Origin: Vulcanisaeta distributa DSM 14429
GTDB lineage: Archaea; Thermoproteota; Thermoprotei; Thermoproteales; Thermocladiaceae
DNA length: 32,000 nucleotides
Assembly (NCBI RefSeq): GCF_000148385.1
Contig: NC_014537.1
Location: 1,800,001 to 1,832,000 of the forward strand
Direction of reading: 5' to 3'
The position numbers were made by a program, and so were the translations under genes. Below the pieces are notes generated by a model. That model was not told where the DNA came from, did not search any database, and saw nothing but the letters and a program-made list of their open reading frames with translations. Below, in pieces: positions 1 to 7,377 of the stretch; the stretch's first letter is position 1; each line of letters begins with the position of its first letter.

Positions 1-611
1 TTAATTATTAACTCACCATCCATATAGCACCGCCTGGCGTAGGTCACGGAATACCCATAATTCCTAAGTAGCGAGGCGACCCTGCCCATGTCCGCGTTCC
101 CCTTGAGTATTATTATCGTGTCGGCAAAGCCCATAGCCCTCATTAAGCCCTCGATGTCGTCACCCACGAGTATGACTATCGACTCATCACCAACCGCTAA
201 ATTAACACCGGCCCTGGCAGCGCACGCCATTATTGAGGAGACCCCAGGCACAATTATGGGTTCGTAATCGCAGTCAATGAATGGCTTAATCCTATAGAAG
301 GTACTGTATAGAGATGGGTCACCAAGTACCACAAATGCCGCACTACCATACCTACGTAACCCATCGCATATGGCCCTGGCATTCCCCATTAATACCTCCT
401 TACTTGGTTCCTTAATCATGGGAAAACCGAGGAACACCACCTGGGTGTCTGGGTCAATGTACTTACTGACTATGGTGTACGCCAAACTCCTATTGCTGCT
501 GGTGGAGTAGGGTATGAACACAAGCTTAACTTTACGAAGTACCTCGGCACCCATGACCGTGATTAATCCTGGATCGCCAGGCCCCAACCCAATGACGTAT
601 AGCTTAGGCAC
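1..611 (-). CDS. cbiL: cobalt-precorrin-2 (cobalt-factor II) C20-methyltransferase; the 3' end runs off the window
   Basis: Not in the ORF track because there is no stop inside the window. My minus-strand translation from GTG 611-609 reads VPKLYVIGLGPGDPGLITVMGAEVLRKVKLVFIPYSTS...VVFLGFPM...FVVLGDPSLYSTF...IVPGVSSIMACAARAG. This is a tetrapyrrole methylase fold with CbiL-like FPM and GDPSLYSTF segments. It is the last gene of the cbi operon. Confidence 0.75.
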   Translation of the reverse strand, partial: MPKLYVIGLGPGDPGLITVMGAEVLRKVKLVFIPYSTSSNRSLAYTIVSKYIDPDTQVVFLGFPMIKEPSKEVLMGNARAICDGLRRYGSAAFVVLGDPSLYSTFYRIKPFIDCDYEPIIVPGVSSIMACAARAGVNLAVGDESIVILVGDDIEGLMRAMGFADTIIILKGNADMGRVASLLRNYGYSVTYARRCYMDGELII

Positions 612-640
612 TTCATTACTAAGCTCTTTGCCCACTCTGA

Positions 641-1300
641 TCACCGCTGCTTAATGGCATCCTTAATGCTTACCACCGAGGATACCCGCCCACACATATT
701 CTTCTCGCCAGCTATTATGAATATTGGGTTTCTCGAGAGCATTACGGTGCCAACGCCAGTCCTCAGGCCCTTGGCTATAACGACTTCTGTGACCTCCACG
801 TTCACGAAGCCTAACTCGGCCATGGTCGCCAGGGCCAGCGATGCGTTCTCCAGGGTTATTGCATCAATTACTAGGCGGCCGCCCACGCTTAATTTACCAC
901 GCACGCCCACGATTATGTCCCTCAACTTACCACCACTACCACCTACGAACGCGGCATCCACCTCACCAGGCACTTGATTTAATGCCTCAGGTGCCTCACC
1001 ATGTATGACAATGACCCTATCACTCACACCAAACCTAATGGCGTTCCTCCGCGTGAGTTCCACGGCATTTTCATCACTATCAATGGCGTAAACGAGGCCT
1101 CTCCTCGCCATTAAGGCAGCCTCCACAGTCACTGAACCTGTTCCCGAACCTATGTCCAGCACCCTCGAGTCCTCCCTCAGCCTAAGCTTCGAAATCACTA
1201 ACGCCCTAACCTCCTCCTTAGTCATTGGGATTCCCTCGACACGTTCAAATAATTCGTCAGGTATTCCAGGGGTTACGTACCGCCAGAGGGGATTACTCAT
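641..1300 (-). CDS. cbiT: cobalt-precorrin-6B C15-methyltransferase (decarboxylating)
   Basis: The track ORF is 641..1330. Motifs: PGIPDELFER..PMTKEEVRAL, the SAM motif VLDIGSGTGSVTVEAA, and VGGSGG. I prefer ATG 1300 (MSNPLW), which overlaps the cbiD stop by 8 nt. ATG 1330 is the alternative. Confidence 0.85.
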   Translation of the reverse strand: MSNPLWRYVTPGIPDELFERVEGIPMTKEEVRALVISKLRLREDSRVLDIGSGTGSVTVEAALMARRGLVYAIDSDENAVELTRRNAIRFGVSDRVIVIHGEAPEALNQVPGEVDAAFVGGSGGKLRDIIVGVRGKLSVGGRLVIDAITLENASLALATMAELGFVNVEVTEVVIAKGLRTGVGTVMLSRNPIFIIAGEKNMCGRVSSVVSIKDAIKQR

Positions 1301-2345
1301 GGTCGCCAACCCTCGCGAGTACCTCACCATTATCGCTAAATATCACAATCTCGAGGGAAGCATTGCCCAGCTTCCTTAACCTGGTAAGTGCCCTCTCGGC
1401 TATTATCCCCATAACCTTACCCGCGGCATTGCCTAGGTAATGCAAGGCCTCGCCGACCGTTTTAGAGGAGGCTATCCTACGTAGGGTCTCACCATTAATC
1501 CCAGCCATTACTGCGGCCCAGGTGATTGTCTCGATTCTCGCATCACCAACTGAGCTGTGCGTGTTTAGTAAACCGGCCGCGAGCTTAACGGCCTTCCCTG
1601 GCAACAACGCCACGACTACCTTACGGAAGCCCAGCCCAATGGCCTCCCTAACCGAGGCGCCTACTAAATCGCCGACCTTGACCACAGATAGGTCGTAAAT
1701 GGCCTTGGCGAAGTTAACAGCCCTATTGCCTGAGGCGATCACCACACCATCACCATCCCTCCTCAAAGCCATTAATTGAGCCTTTATGTGTTGGATGAAG
1801 GATTCATCACTTACGGGCCACTCGATACCCATCGTCCCGAGTATGGATATGCCACCGATTATACCGACATCCTCATTCATCGTGAACCTAGCCAACTCCT
1901 CACCGTTGGGCACCTCAATGATTACCTCAACACCCGAGCTTACGACTTCCCTAACCGCATTCTCAATCATGAGCTTAGCCGTGGGGCTAATGGCCGACTC
2001 GCCCATAGGAATGCTTAAGCCTGGCCTCACGACCTTACCCACGCCACGCCCACCTACAATCCTTATTGTCCCTTCGCCTATTGGATGCACGCAGGCCCTG
2101 ATCACGGCGTTATCCAGCTTGTCGGGGTTATCACCGGCGATTTTACGCACATCAGCACATACATAGCCGCCCTCCGTGAAGACCCTATCGACGGCCACCT
2201 CAAGCCTGAGGCCGACGGGTGTTGGTATGGTAACACTATTGGGTGTTACGCCCTTAATTAATGCCATAACCGCCGCCTTCGCGGCCGCCGCGGCGGCAGC
2301 CCCCGTGGTTATACCAAAGCGTTTAAAGTAATCAATCACACTCAT
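1293..2345 (-). CDS. cbiD: cobalt-precorrin-5B C1-methyltransferase
   Basis: 350 aa. The N-terminus FGITTGAAAAAAAKAAV and the overall length are typical of CbiD. There is a 4-nt overlap with cbiH. Confidence 0.88.
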   Translation of the reverse strand: MSVIDYFKRFGITTGAAAAAAAKAAVMALIKGVTPNSVTIPTPVGLRLEVAVDRVFTEGGYVCADVRKIAGDNPDKLDNAVIRACVHPIGEGTIRIVGGRGVGKVVRPGLSIPMGESAISPTAKLMIENAVREVVSSGVEVIIEVPNGEELARFTMNEDVGIIGGISILGTMGIEWPVSDESFIQHIKAQLMALRRDGDGVVIASGNRAVNFAKAIYDLSVVKVGDLVGASVREAIGLGFRKVVVALLPGKAVKLAAGLLNTHSSVGDARIETITWAAVMAGINGETLRRIASSKTVGEALHYLGNAAGKVMGIIAERALTRLRKLGNASLEIVIFSDNGEVLARVGDHE

Positions 2346-3073
2346 ACCCTGTAGCCCCTTGGCGTTATCATGAACCCTCTGTAAACATAGGTTCTTGAGT
2401 TACCTATTATTAATGTCGTATTCATATCCACGGCCTCCAAATACCTCATCCAGCTACCTAGGTTTGTCGTTAGCACGAACTCACTATCCCTATAGGCATT
2501 CCTGACTATGCCTACTGGCGTTGATGCGCCTCTGAACATGGATATTAGGTTCATGGCCTTAACAAGCACGTCTTTACTGATCGGGTTATACAGGGCAATC
2601 ACGAAGTCGCCGCTCACGGCTGCCCTAATCCTCATCATAATCTCCTCATCACTAACCAATAGATTGCTTAGGTTTATGACTGCGAAGTCCATGTTGAGGG
2701 GCGCGCCTAATCTGGCGGCTGCCGCAAGGGCCGCTGTAACTCCTGGTATTATGGTAGGTCTCAGGTCGAGCCCCTCCTTACTTACTAACTCAAGGACGAG
2801 ACTCGCCAACCCATAGACCTGGGGATCACCACCACTCACCAGCGATACCACATGGCCGTTGAGGGCCTTCTCGATAGCTAGCCTAGCCCTCATGACCTCC
2901 TCATGCATTCTTGATTTAATAACCTCCTTGCCATTGATTAAATCACTGATTAGATTTACGTACGTATTATAGCCAATAACCACGTCACTCTCTCTGATGG
3001 CGTTAATTGCAGCCACAGTTCTTAGCTCAGGGCTTCCTGGCCCAATGCCGACTACGTAAAGCCTACCAACCAT
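2342..3073 (-). CDS. cbiH: cobalt-factor III / cobalt-precorrin-3 C17-methyltransferase
   Basis: 243 aa. Motifs: LYVVGIGPGSPELRT..., VVIGYNTY, VSGGDPQVYGLAS and IPGVTAALAAAARLGAPL. Confidence 0.88.
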   Translation of the reverse strand: MVGRLYVVGIGPGSPELRTVAAINAIRESDVVIGYNTYVNLISDLINGKEVIKSRMHEEVMRARLAIEKALNGHVVSLVSGGDPQVYGLASLVLELVSKEGLDLRPTIIPGVTAALAAAARLGAPLNMDFAVINLSNLLVSDEEIMMRIRAAVSGDFVIALYNPISKDVLVKAMNLISMFRGASTPVGIVRNAYRDSEFVLTTNLGSWMRYLEAVDMNTTLIIGNSRTYVYRGFMITPRGYRV

Positions 3074-4100
3074 GTCTCCTCCCTACCATGCTAATTAATT
3101 CATTGAATATGGCCACAGCCACATTACTACCCCCATACGTGCCCCTCACGACTATGCTTGGTATCCCGATTTTGATCAATTCCTCCTTAGCATCTGCTGC
3201 GTTGGTAAATCCTGGCGGTGTTGCAATTACCATGGGGACCTCGACGCCCTTCCTGATTAACCTAAGTACCTCAACGAGGGCTGTGGGTGAATTGCCAATA
3301 ATAGGTATTGCGGGTTTGTACCTACTTAGTGCTATCCTCATTGACGCCGCAGCCCTCGTGATGCCGAGCTCATTAGCTAACTTAGTGGTCTCTGCATCAT
3401 CTATTAAAGTCACCGTGTTGCCCCATCTAAGGCCTACCATCACCATTTTGGTATCGGCAACCACCGTGACGCCGTTATTTATTAATTCCTTAAACACGTC
3501 AGGCGTCCTTGGGTCGACATAGACGTACTTAACAAGGGCTGGATTGCCCGTGGCGAACACAGCCTTTGCCACTAGCCTAATGAGTACCTGATCATCAGTA
3601 TTAAGTTCCCTACGTACTAACTCAATCACTCTATTGATGCTGTTCCTTTCAATTTCTTCGGGACTCATGACGTACCTGGTCAAGTACGTGGGTATGTCCA
3701 GGGCATTGATTATTCTTAAAAGCAACGCCTCTCTAACGAGTATGGAGTCAATCAGTGGCTTGGTAACGTAGGCCTCAAATTCGTAACCACCCCATGATGC
3801 CCTAACCCACTTATTAAATTCCTGAATGTTTAAGGACCCCATTATGTCCCTAACCACGTGATTACCCGGGCCTAGGAATGCCAATGCGATGATTATGCGC
3901 TTAATACCACGGCTTAGGTGCTCCCTCAACACATCCCTCCAATTGGGGCTTGAGTATTCATTATGGGCAATACTTACATAAGTCATTAAACCCAAGCCAC
4001 TAAGTCGATTCTCAAGATAATTCTTTAGGTCATTAAACCAATCCAGGAATTCAGGTCTGCGGGATCCATGGGTTACTACGAGTATCGATGTAGGATCCAT
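3063..4100 (-). CDS. cbiC: fusion protein: N-terminal small CbiX-type sirohydrochlorin cobaltochelatase plus C-terminal cobalt-precorrin-8 methylmutase (CbiC)
   Basis: The N-terminal ~130 aa (ILVVTHGSRRPEF...IIIALAFLGPGNHVVRDI) follow the CbiX(S) pattern HGSR...G.H. The C-terminal ~200 aa (FATGNPALV...VVADTKMV...IGNSPTALVEV...VIATPPGFTNA...VRGTYGGSNVAVAI) are CbiC/CobH-like. The frame is single and uninterrupted. Confidence 0.8.
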   Translation of the reverse strand: MDPTSILVVTHGSRRPEFLDWFNDLKNYLENRLSGLGLMTYVSIAHNEYSSPNWRDVLREHLSRGIKRIIIALAFLGPGNHVVRDIMGSLNIQEFNKWVRASWGGYEFEAYVTKPLIDSILVREALLLRIINALDIPTYLTRYVMSPEEIERNSINRVIELVRRELNTDDQVLIRLVAKAVFATGNPALVKYVYVDPRTPDVFKELINNGVTVVADTKMVMVGLRWGNTVTLIDDAETTKLANELGITRAAASMRIALSRYKPAIPIIGNSPTALVEVLRLIRKGVEVPMVIATPPGFTNAADAKEELIKIGIPSIVVRGTYGGSNVAVAIFNELISMVGRRHGW

Positions 4101-4143
4101 ATCCTACTTAAAACCTGGATAAAAATCCTATTTAAAAGAGTTA

Positions 4144-4815
4144 CTAATCACGACTGCAGGGTGGTATCACCATGATCGTTAAATCACTAAACTCATTGCC
4201 TAGACTTATCATGCCTGAGGCCCTGGTCCTCGTAATCCTTTGATTATTGTATGTGGCTTTCTCGATTATTGTGACCTCGGGGTCGCAGCCCAGGTCTAGT
4301 AGTGCCTTAGCGATGAGCAGTGGGCCGTGTGGGTATGGGGGCGGTAATACAATTATGTACCTCCTCAGCACCCTTAGTATAGTTTTAAGCTCCTCAAGCC
4401 TATCGTCTAGAGAACCCCTCACATGTAGTGATATTAACACTGAGGAGTCCAGGTCGATACCAAGCATTCCTAATACCGCATTTACCGAGGAGACCCCAGG
4501 CACAACCTCGTAGGTAACTCCGTACTCCCTGCATAGCCACGTGACCTTCGCCATTAACTGCGACTCCGACACCGAGGGGTCCCCATGCATGAGCAGTGCC
4601 GCGTCTTCATTAACCGCGCTCGTTATCAATTCCTTAAGGCCCTCAGCCTCATCCCTATAGCTGAGCTTTATGACCCTCTTATTGATTAAGTACTCGCTGA
4701 ATCTATCAAGCACGCTGCCCCAGCCGGCCACCACGTTAACTGAGCGTAGTATGTTAAGGCCCTTAACCGTTATCAACTCCGGGTCACCAGGTCCCACGCC
4801 GATTATGTACAGCAT
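4144..4815 (-). CDS. cbiE: cobalt-precorrin-7 C5-methyltransferase (CbiE type)
   Basis: 223 aa. Motifs: MLYIIGVGPGDPELITVKG, HGDPSV, VPGVSSVNAV and ISLHVRG (the CbiE-like SxHG segment). It is too short for CbiF and diverges from it. Confidence 0.7.
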   Translation of the reverse strand: MLYIIGVGPGDPELITVKGLNILRSVNVVAGWGSVLDRFSEYLINKRVIKLSYRDEAEGLKELITSAVNEDAALLMHGDPSVSESQLMAKVTWLCREYGVTYEVVPGVSSVNAVLGMLGIDLDSSVLISLHVRGSLDDRLEELKTILRVLRRYIIVLPPPYPHGPLLIAKALLDLGCDPEVTIIEKATYNNQRITRTRASGMISLGNEFSDLTIMVIPPCSRD

Positions 4816-4847
4816 TCAAGCGTTGTTATATGCCCAGCTTTTAAGCG

Positions 4848-5846
4848 TTAGACCCTCGCTACGGCCACCGTGACCCTCCCAATAACTATCTTCCTAAGAA
4901 GCAGTGAGGTACCTCCAGCAGCTAATGCAGCGAGTTCGGCAACACCCCTAACGCCTAACCTCCTTAATTCGTCACTCGGCGGTGTGGCGCACCCATGATT
5001 TACCCTCTCCAATTCATCGGTACTTACTAACCTAAAGGGTAGGCCCAATGCCTTAGCCGCCTCGCCGACCCTCGGCTTTATTGAGGCTACGGCCAAGACC
5101 CTGTCGGCCCCAATACCGAGCCTATTCAATGTAGTTCTTATGGCCTTAATTACCTCATTAATACCGGCCTCATTCATAAGCCCAACCCCAATGATTACCT
5201 TATACGGCACACACCGCAGCATCCTAATGCCCTCTAACGATTGATGGGGTTCACCCACAGTGATGATGTACTCACACCCTGCATTAACCCCAATCACGTA
5301 GCTGCCCCTTACCTCCCTTGGCAATTCATTAATGCCAATGATGCATATGGGCTTATTACTAAGGAGCGCCGAGTAGAAGTTCGGCAATTCTTCGGTATTA
5401 ACAATGTCACAATGAAGAAGCCTAGCCAACTCCTCAATGCTTGTGACGCCCATGTACTCGGCGGCTGTGGTTATCACGGCCTCAGCCCCCATTAGCCTGG
5501 CAATCGCCTCAGCAACCTCATTGGCGCCCCAATGGGCGCTCAATATGGGTATTACGTACCTACCCCCATCATCAATCACAACCACTGCTGGATCCGCAAC
5601 CTTAGACTTAGCATACTTACAGACCAGCCTGACGGCACCACTCAACGCCATCACCAGGACTATGGCGTCAAAGCAGTCCCAGTACCTACCCAAATCACCG
5701 TCGTACTTGATCATCGCCGTCGGCACGCCAGTCCCCCTCAACAACCTAAATAGCCTATTGGCAGTATCAGCACCGGAATCGCTTGCATAAACAATGAGCA
5801 CACCCCTCCATAATCTCTCCAGGATAGACACGATATAGGATAGCAA
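4848..5846 (-). CDS. cbiG: cobalt-precorrin-5A hydrolase
   Basis: 332 aa. The C-terminal CbiG signature is ASIKPRVGE..ALGLPFRLVSTDEL...GVRGVAELAALAAGG. The track start is TTG 5846. GTG 5831 or GTG 5801 fit better with the TATA palindrome at 5852-5867. Confidence 0.82.
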   Translation of the reverse strand: MLSYIVSILERLWRGVLIVYASDSGADTANRLFRLLRGTGVPTAMIKYDGDLGRYWDCFDAIVLVMALSGAVRLVCKYAKSKVADPAVVVIDDGGRYVIPILSAHWGANEVAEAIARLMGAEAVITTAAEYMGVTSIEELARLLHCDIVNTEELPNFYSALLSNKPICIIGINELPREVRGSYVIGVNAGCEYIITVGEPHQSLEGIRMLRCVPYKVIIGVGLMNEAGINEVIKAIRTTLNRLGIGADRVLAVASIKPRVGEAAKALGLPFRLVSTDELERVNHGCATPPSDELRRLGVRGVAELAALAAGGTSLLLRKIVIGRVTVAVARV

Positions 5847-5851
5847 TCCTA

Positions 5852-5867
5852 TTTATAAGCTTATAAA
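5852..5867. promoter_or_regulatory. perfect 16-nt palindrome TTTATAAGCTTATAAA, presenting back-to-back TATA boxes
   Basis: The sequence equals its own reverse complement. It lies 6-20 nt upstream of the annotated cbiG start, consistent with a leaderless cbi mRNA starting near GTG 5831. It could also fire rightwards toward the GC-rich element. Confidence 0.55.
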
Positions 5868-5961
5868 TACACGCCGGAATTAATAGATAACGCCTAACTA
5901 CTCACTTACTATCATAACGCCTAAAGAACACGTAGTAAAGTACCGGATCAAGCAATGCTAT

Positions 5962-6112
5962 GCTACCGTTTGCCCGGGAGTGGTTTTGACCACCCTCGGG
6001 TTCATCACGGCTTTCCATCCCCTGCCCCCGCCTGCGGGAGCGTGGCTCCCATCGGCGAAGAGCGGTTCATGCCACGGTCCCCCTCACCTAGTTCATCGGG
6101 TTCATCCCTGCT
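5962..6112. ncRNA. candidate structured ncRNA of unknown class (GC-rich island in an AT-rich spacer)
   Basis: There is a sharp local rise in G+C, judged by eye. Hairpin 5973-5983/5990-6000 is 11 pairs including 1 GU and 1 mismatch. GGGAGC-GTG-GCTCCC lies at 6036-6050. An alternative pairing is CGTGGC 6041-6046 with GCCACG 6071-6076. The 11-mer TCGGGTTCATC occurs twice exactly 100 nt apart (5996-6006 and 6096-6106). A T5 run at 6123-6127 follows on the + strand. The TATA-like box at 6137-6144 is also correctly placed for minus-strand transcription, so the strand is unresolved. Confidence 0.45.
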
Positions 6113-6136
6113 ATAATATCACTTTTTACAGAAAAG

Positions 6137-6144
6137 TTTATAAG
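6137..6144 (+). promoter_or_regulatory. TATA box (TTTATAAG) for the mini-ORF/TnpB-like operon
   Basis: Context is AAAAGTTTATAAGTTTTT, with its start 43 nt upstream of ATG 6180. The same octamer occurs in the cbiG palindrome. Confidence 0.5.
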
Positions 6145-6179
6145 TTTTTCTGTAGTAATTTTTCGTGGTGTAGAGAATT

Positions 6180-6326
6180 ATGCCTGAAGAATACGTGTTT
6201 CACGCTAGGATTTCGAAAACGAGCCACGGACTGCTGTGCATATACATTCCGAAGGGGCTCAGCTCGAAGATGCAACATCTACATAGGAGAGAGGTGATAA
6301 TACGTGTCACAGTACCAGATGAGTGA
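6180..6326 (+). CDS. 48-aa SpoVT/AbrB-like (swapped-hairpin) DNA-binding mini-protein, putative
   Basis: Below the ORF-track size cut-off. My translation is MPEEYVFHARISKTSHGLLCIYIPKGLSSKMQHLHRREVIIRVTVPDE. The pattern (strand, G, hydrophobic strand, IPKG, then alternating basic/hydrophobic strands) resembles AbrB/VapB-type domains. Its 3' end overlaps the next ORF by 23 nt. Confidence 0.5.
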   Translation: MPEEYVFHARISKTSHGLLCIYIPKGLSSKMQHLHRREVIIRVTVPDE

Positions 6327-7377
6327 TGATGTGGTTGATGCAACACTACTTATAAAGTATGTTACCGTTATCGGTAGACTAGTCCCCATTTCGTCGGAGG
6401 ACTACATGAAGTTAGTTAGGCTGGCATATGATTTCAAGAAAGCGGTACTTTACGCCACAAGAATGATAGCCAAAGGCATAGATGCTAACTCTATCCTCAG
6501 GGAACTCAGGTCAATGCTTAACAAGGCTTATGGTGACTCAGCGTACAAGGTTGCAAAGGCAATTGTAGAAGGATGTGAATATAGCAATGGCAATCCAAGG
6601 CATATTAAGATAAAGAGGCTTTTCATTGTAAGCGATGGTGAAGCATCTAGGCTTGGAAACCGAAACATTAGGTTAGAGTCCGTAGGTGTAGTCAAGATTA
6701 AGTATCCCTACGATGGCTCGTGGCTCACCTTCAAAGCTTTATTCGGCAGAGAGTACTTACCGCTAGTTGCAGAACTGGTGGAGCTTGCTAGGCAGAAGAG
6801 GGTTAGCTATGGGGCTAGAATTGTTTTCAGAAGCGGGAGGATATACCTCCACATCTCAATACCACTAGAACTCTATCTAAAGCATTTTAAGAGGGGAGAG
6901 GCTGGGGGAAGCCTCGTTGCGGGATTCGACTTGAACAGCGATAGGATAAACATGGTGATAGTCGATAAGTACGGGAGGATAAGGGACACCAAGACCGCGT
7001 GGTTCCCGGAGGTGACATCACATGGATTCCCAAGAAACAAAGCCAAGACGAGGAGGCTTGAAGCACTCTCGAAATTGCTTAGGTATGCCTACTATCATGG
7101 TGTTGGTGTTGTTGTCTTTGAGAATTTGTTTGCCGTTAAAAAGAGAGTTTTTGGCAGGAATAGAATTGCAAATCGCAAGATAGCAAGATTTGCAAAAGGA
7201 GAATTGTTACGGCATGGCTTGGTTATGGCTATGAAGTACGGTTTCAGAGTGTATCTGGCAAATCCAAAGGGTACATCAAATTCTAGAGAACATGATGAGG
7301 TGATGAGGAGGTATGGGTTAGACAGACACACGGCATCAGCATACCTCATAGCCCTGAAAGGACTAAAACAACAATGA
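6304..7377 (+). CDS. TnpB-like (IS605 OrfB/Cas12-related) RuvC-fold protein lacking the zinc ribbon
   Basis: 357 aa. RuvC-I is VAGFD209LN, RuvC-II is VVVFE273NL, followed by ANPKGTSNS, and RuvC-III is GLD340RHTASAYLIALKG. Only 15 residues separate TSNS from D340, and there is a single Cys (C91) in the whole protein, so no CxxC..CxxC. A strong SD, GAGGTGAT at 6291-6298, lies 5 nt before GTG 6304. Confidence 0.75.
   Translation: MSQYQMSDDVVDATLLIKYVTVIGRLVPISSEDYMKLVRLAYDFKKAVLYATRMIAKGIDANSILRELRSMLNKAYGDSAYKVAKAIVEGCEYSNGNPRHIKIKRLFIVSDGEASRLGNRNIRLESVGVVKIKYPYDGSWLTFKALFGREYLPLVAELVELARQKRVSYGARIVFRSGRIYLHISIPLELYLKHFKRGEAGGSLVAGFDLNSDRINMVIVDKYGRIRDTKTAWFPEVTSHGFPRNKAKTRRLEALSKLLRYAYYHGVGVVVFENLFAVKKRVFGRNRIANRKIARFAKGELLRHGLVMAMKYGFRVYLANPKGTSNSREHDEVMRRYGLDRHTASAYLIALKGLKQQ

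Noticed and set aside
654-5790. Numerous + strand ORFs of 60-170 aa antisense to the cbi genes, for example 654..977, 1786..2166, 2508..2816, 3007..3522 and 5437..5790.
   Set aside because: Each lies fully inside a strongly supported minus-strand gene. Their translations are Ser/Pro/Thr/Leu-rich low-complexity sequences typical of antisense frames. The same reasoning applies to the other short antisense ORFs in the track (7655..8053, 10201..10581, 12230..12604, 22165..22533, 23578..23952, 30352..30825, 31235..31519 and others).
5962-6112. Cobalamin riboswitch leader for the cbi operon, given its minus-strand orientation and fragments reminiscent of GCCAC(U)G and GGGAAGGC.
   Set aside because: The TATA palindrome for cbiG (5852-5867) lies between this element and the gene, so the element would be upstream of the promoter rather than in the leader. 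The B12-box similarity is only fragmentary, and I cannot run a covariance model.
5962-6112. RNase P RNA (reduced Thermoproteales type) or a C/D box sRNA, because of GGAAAGCC and GUGAUGA-like strings on the minus strand.
   Set aside because: No partner strand for a P4 helix (ACAGAA…GGCUU) is present on the same strand. There are no correctly spaced C/D'/C'/D boxes either. The motifs alone are too short to support either call.
5980-6297. 105-aa + strand ORF from the track.
   Set aside because: It spans the GC-rich hairpin element, the T5 run and the TATA box. Its sequence is Pro/Cys/His-rich with no protein-like pattern. It also overlaps the better-supported 48-aa ORF in another frame.
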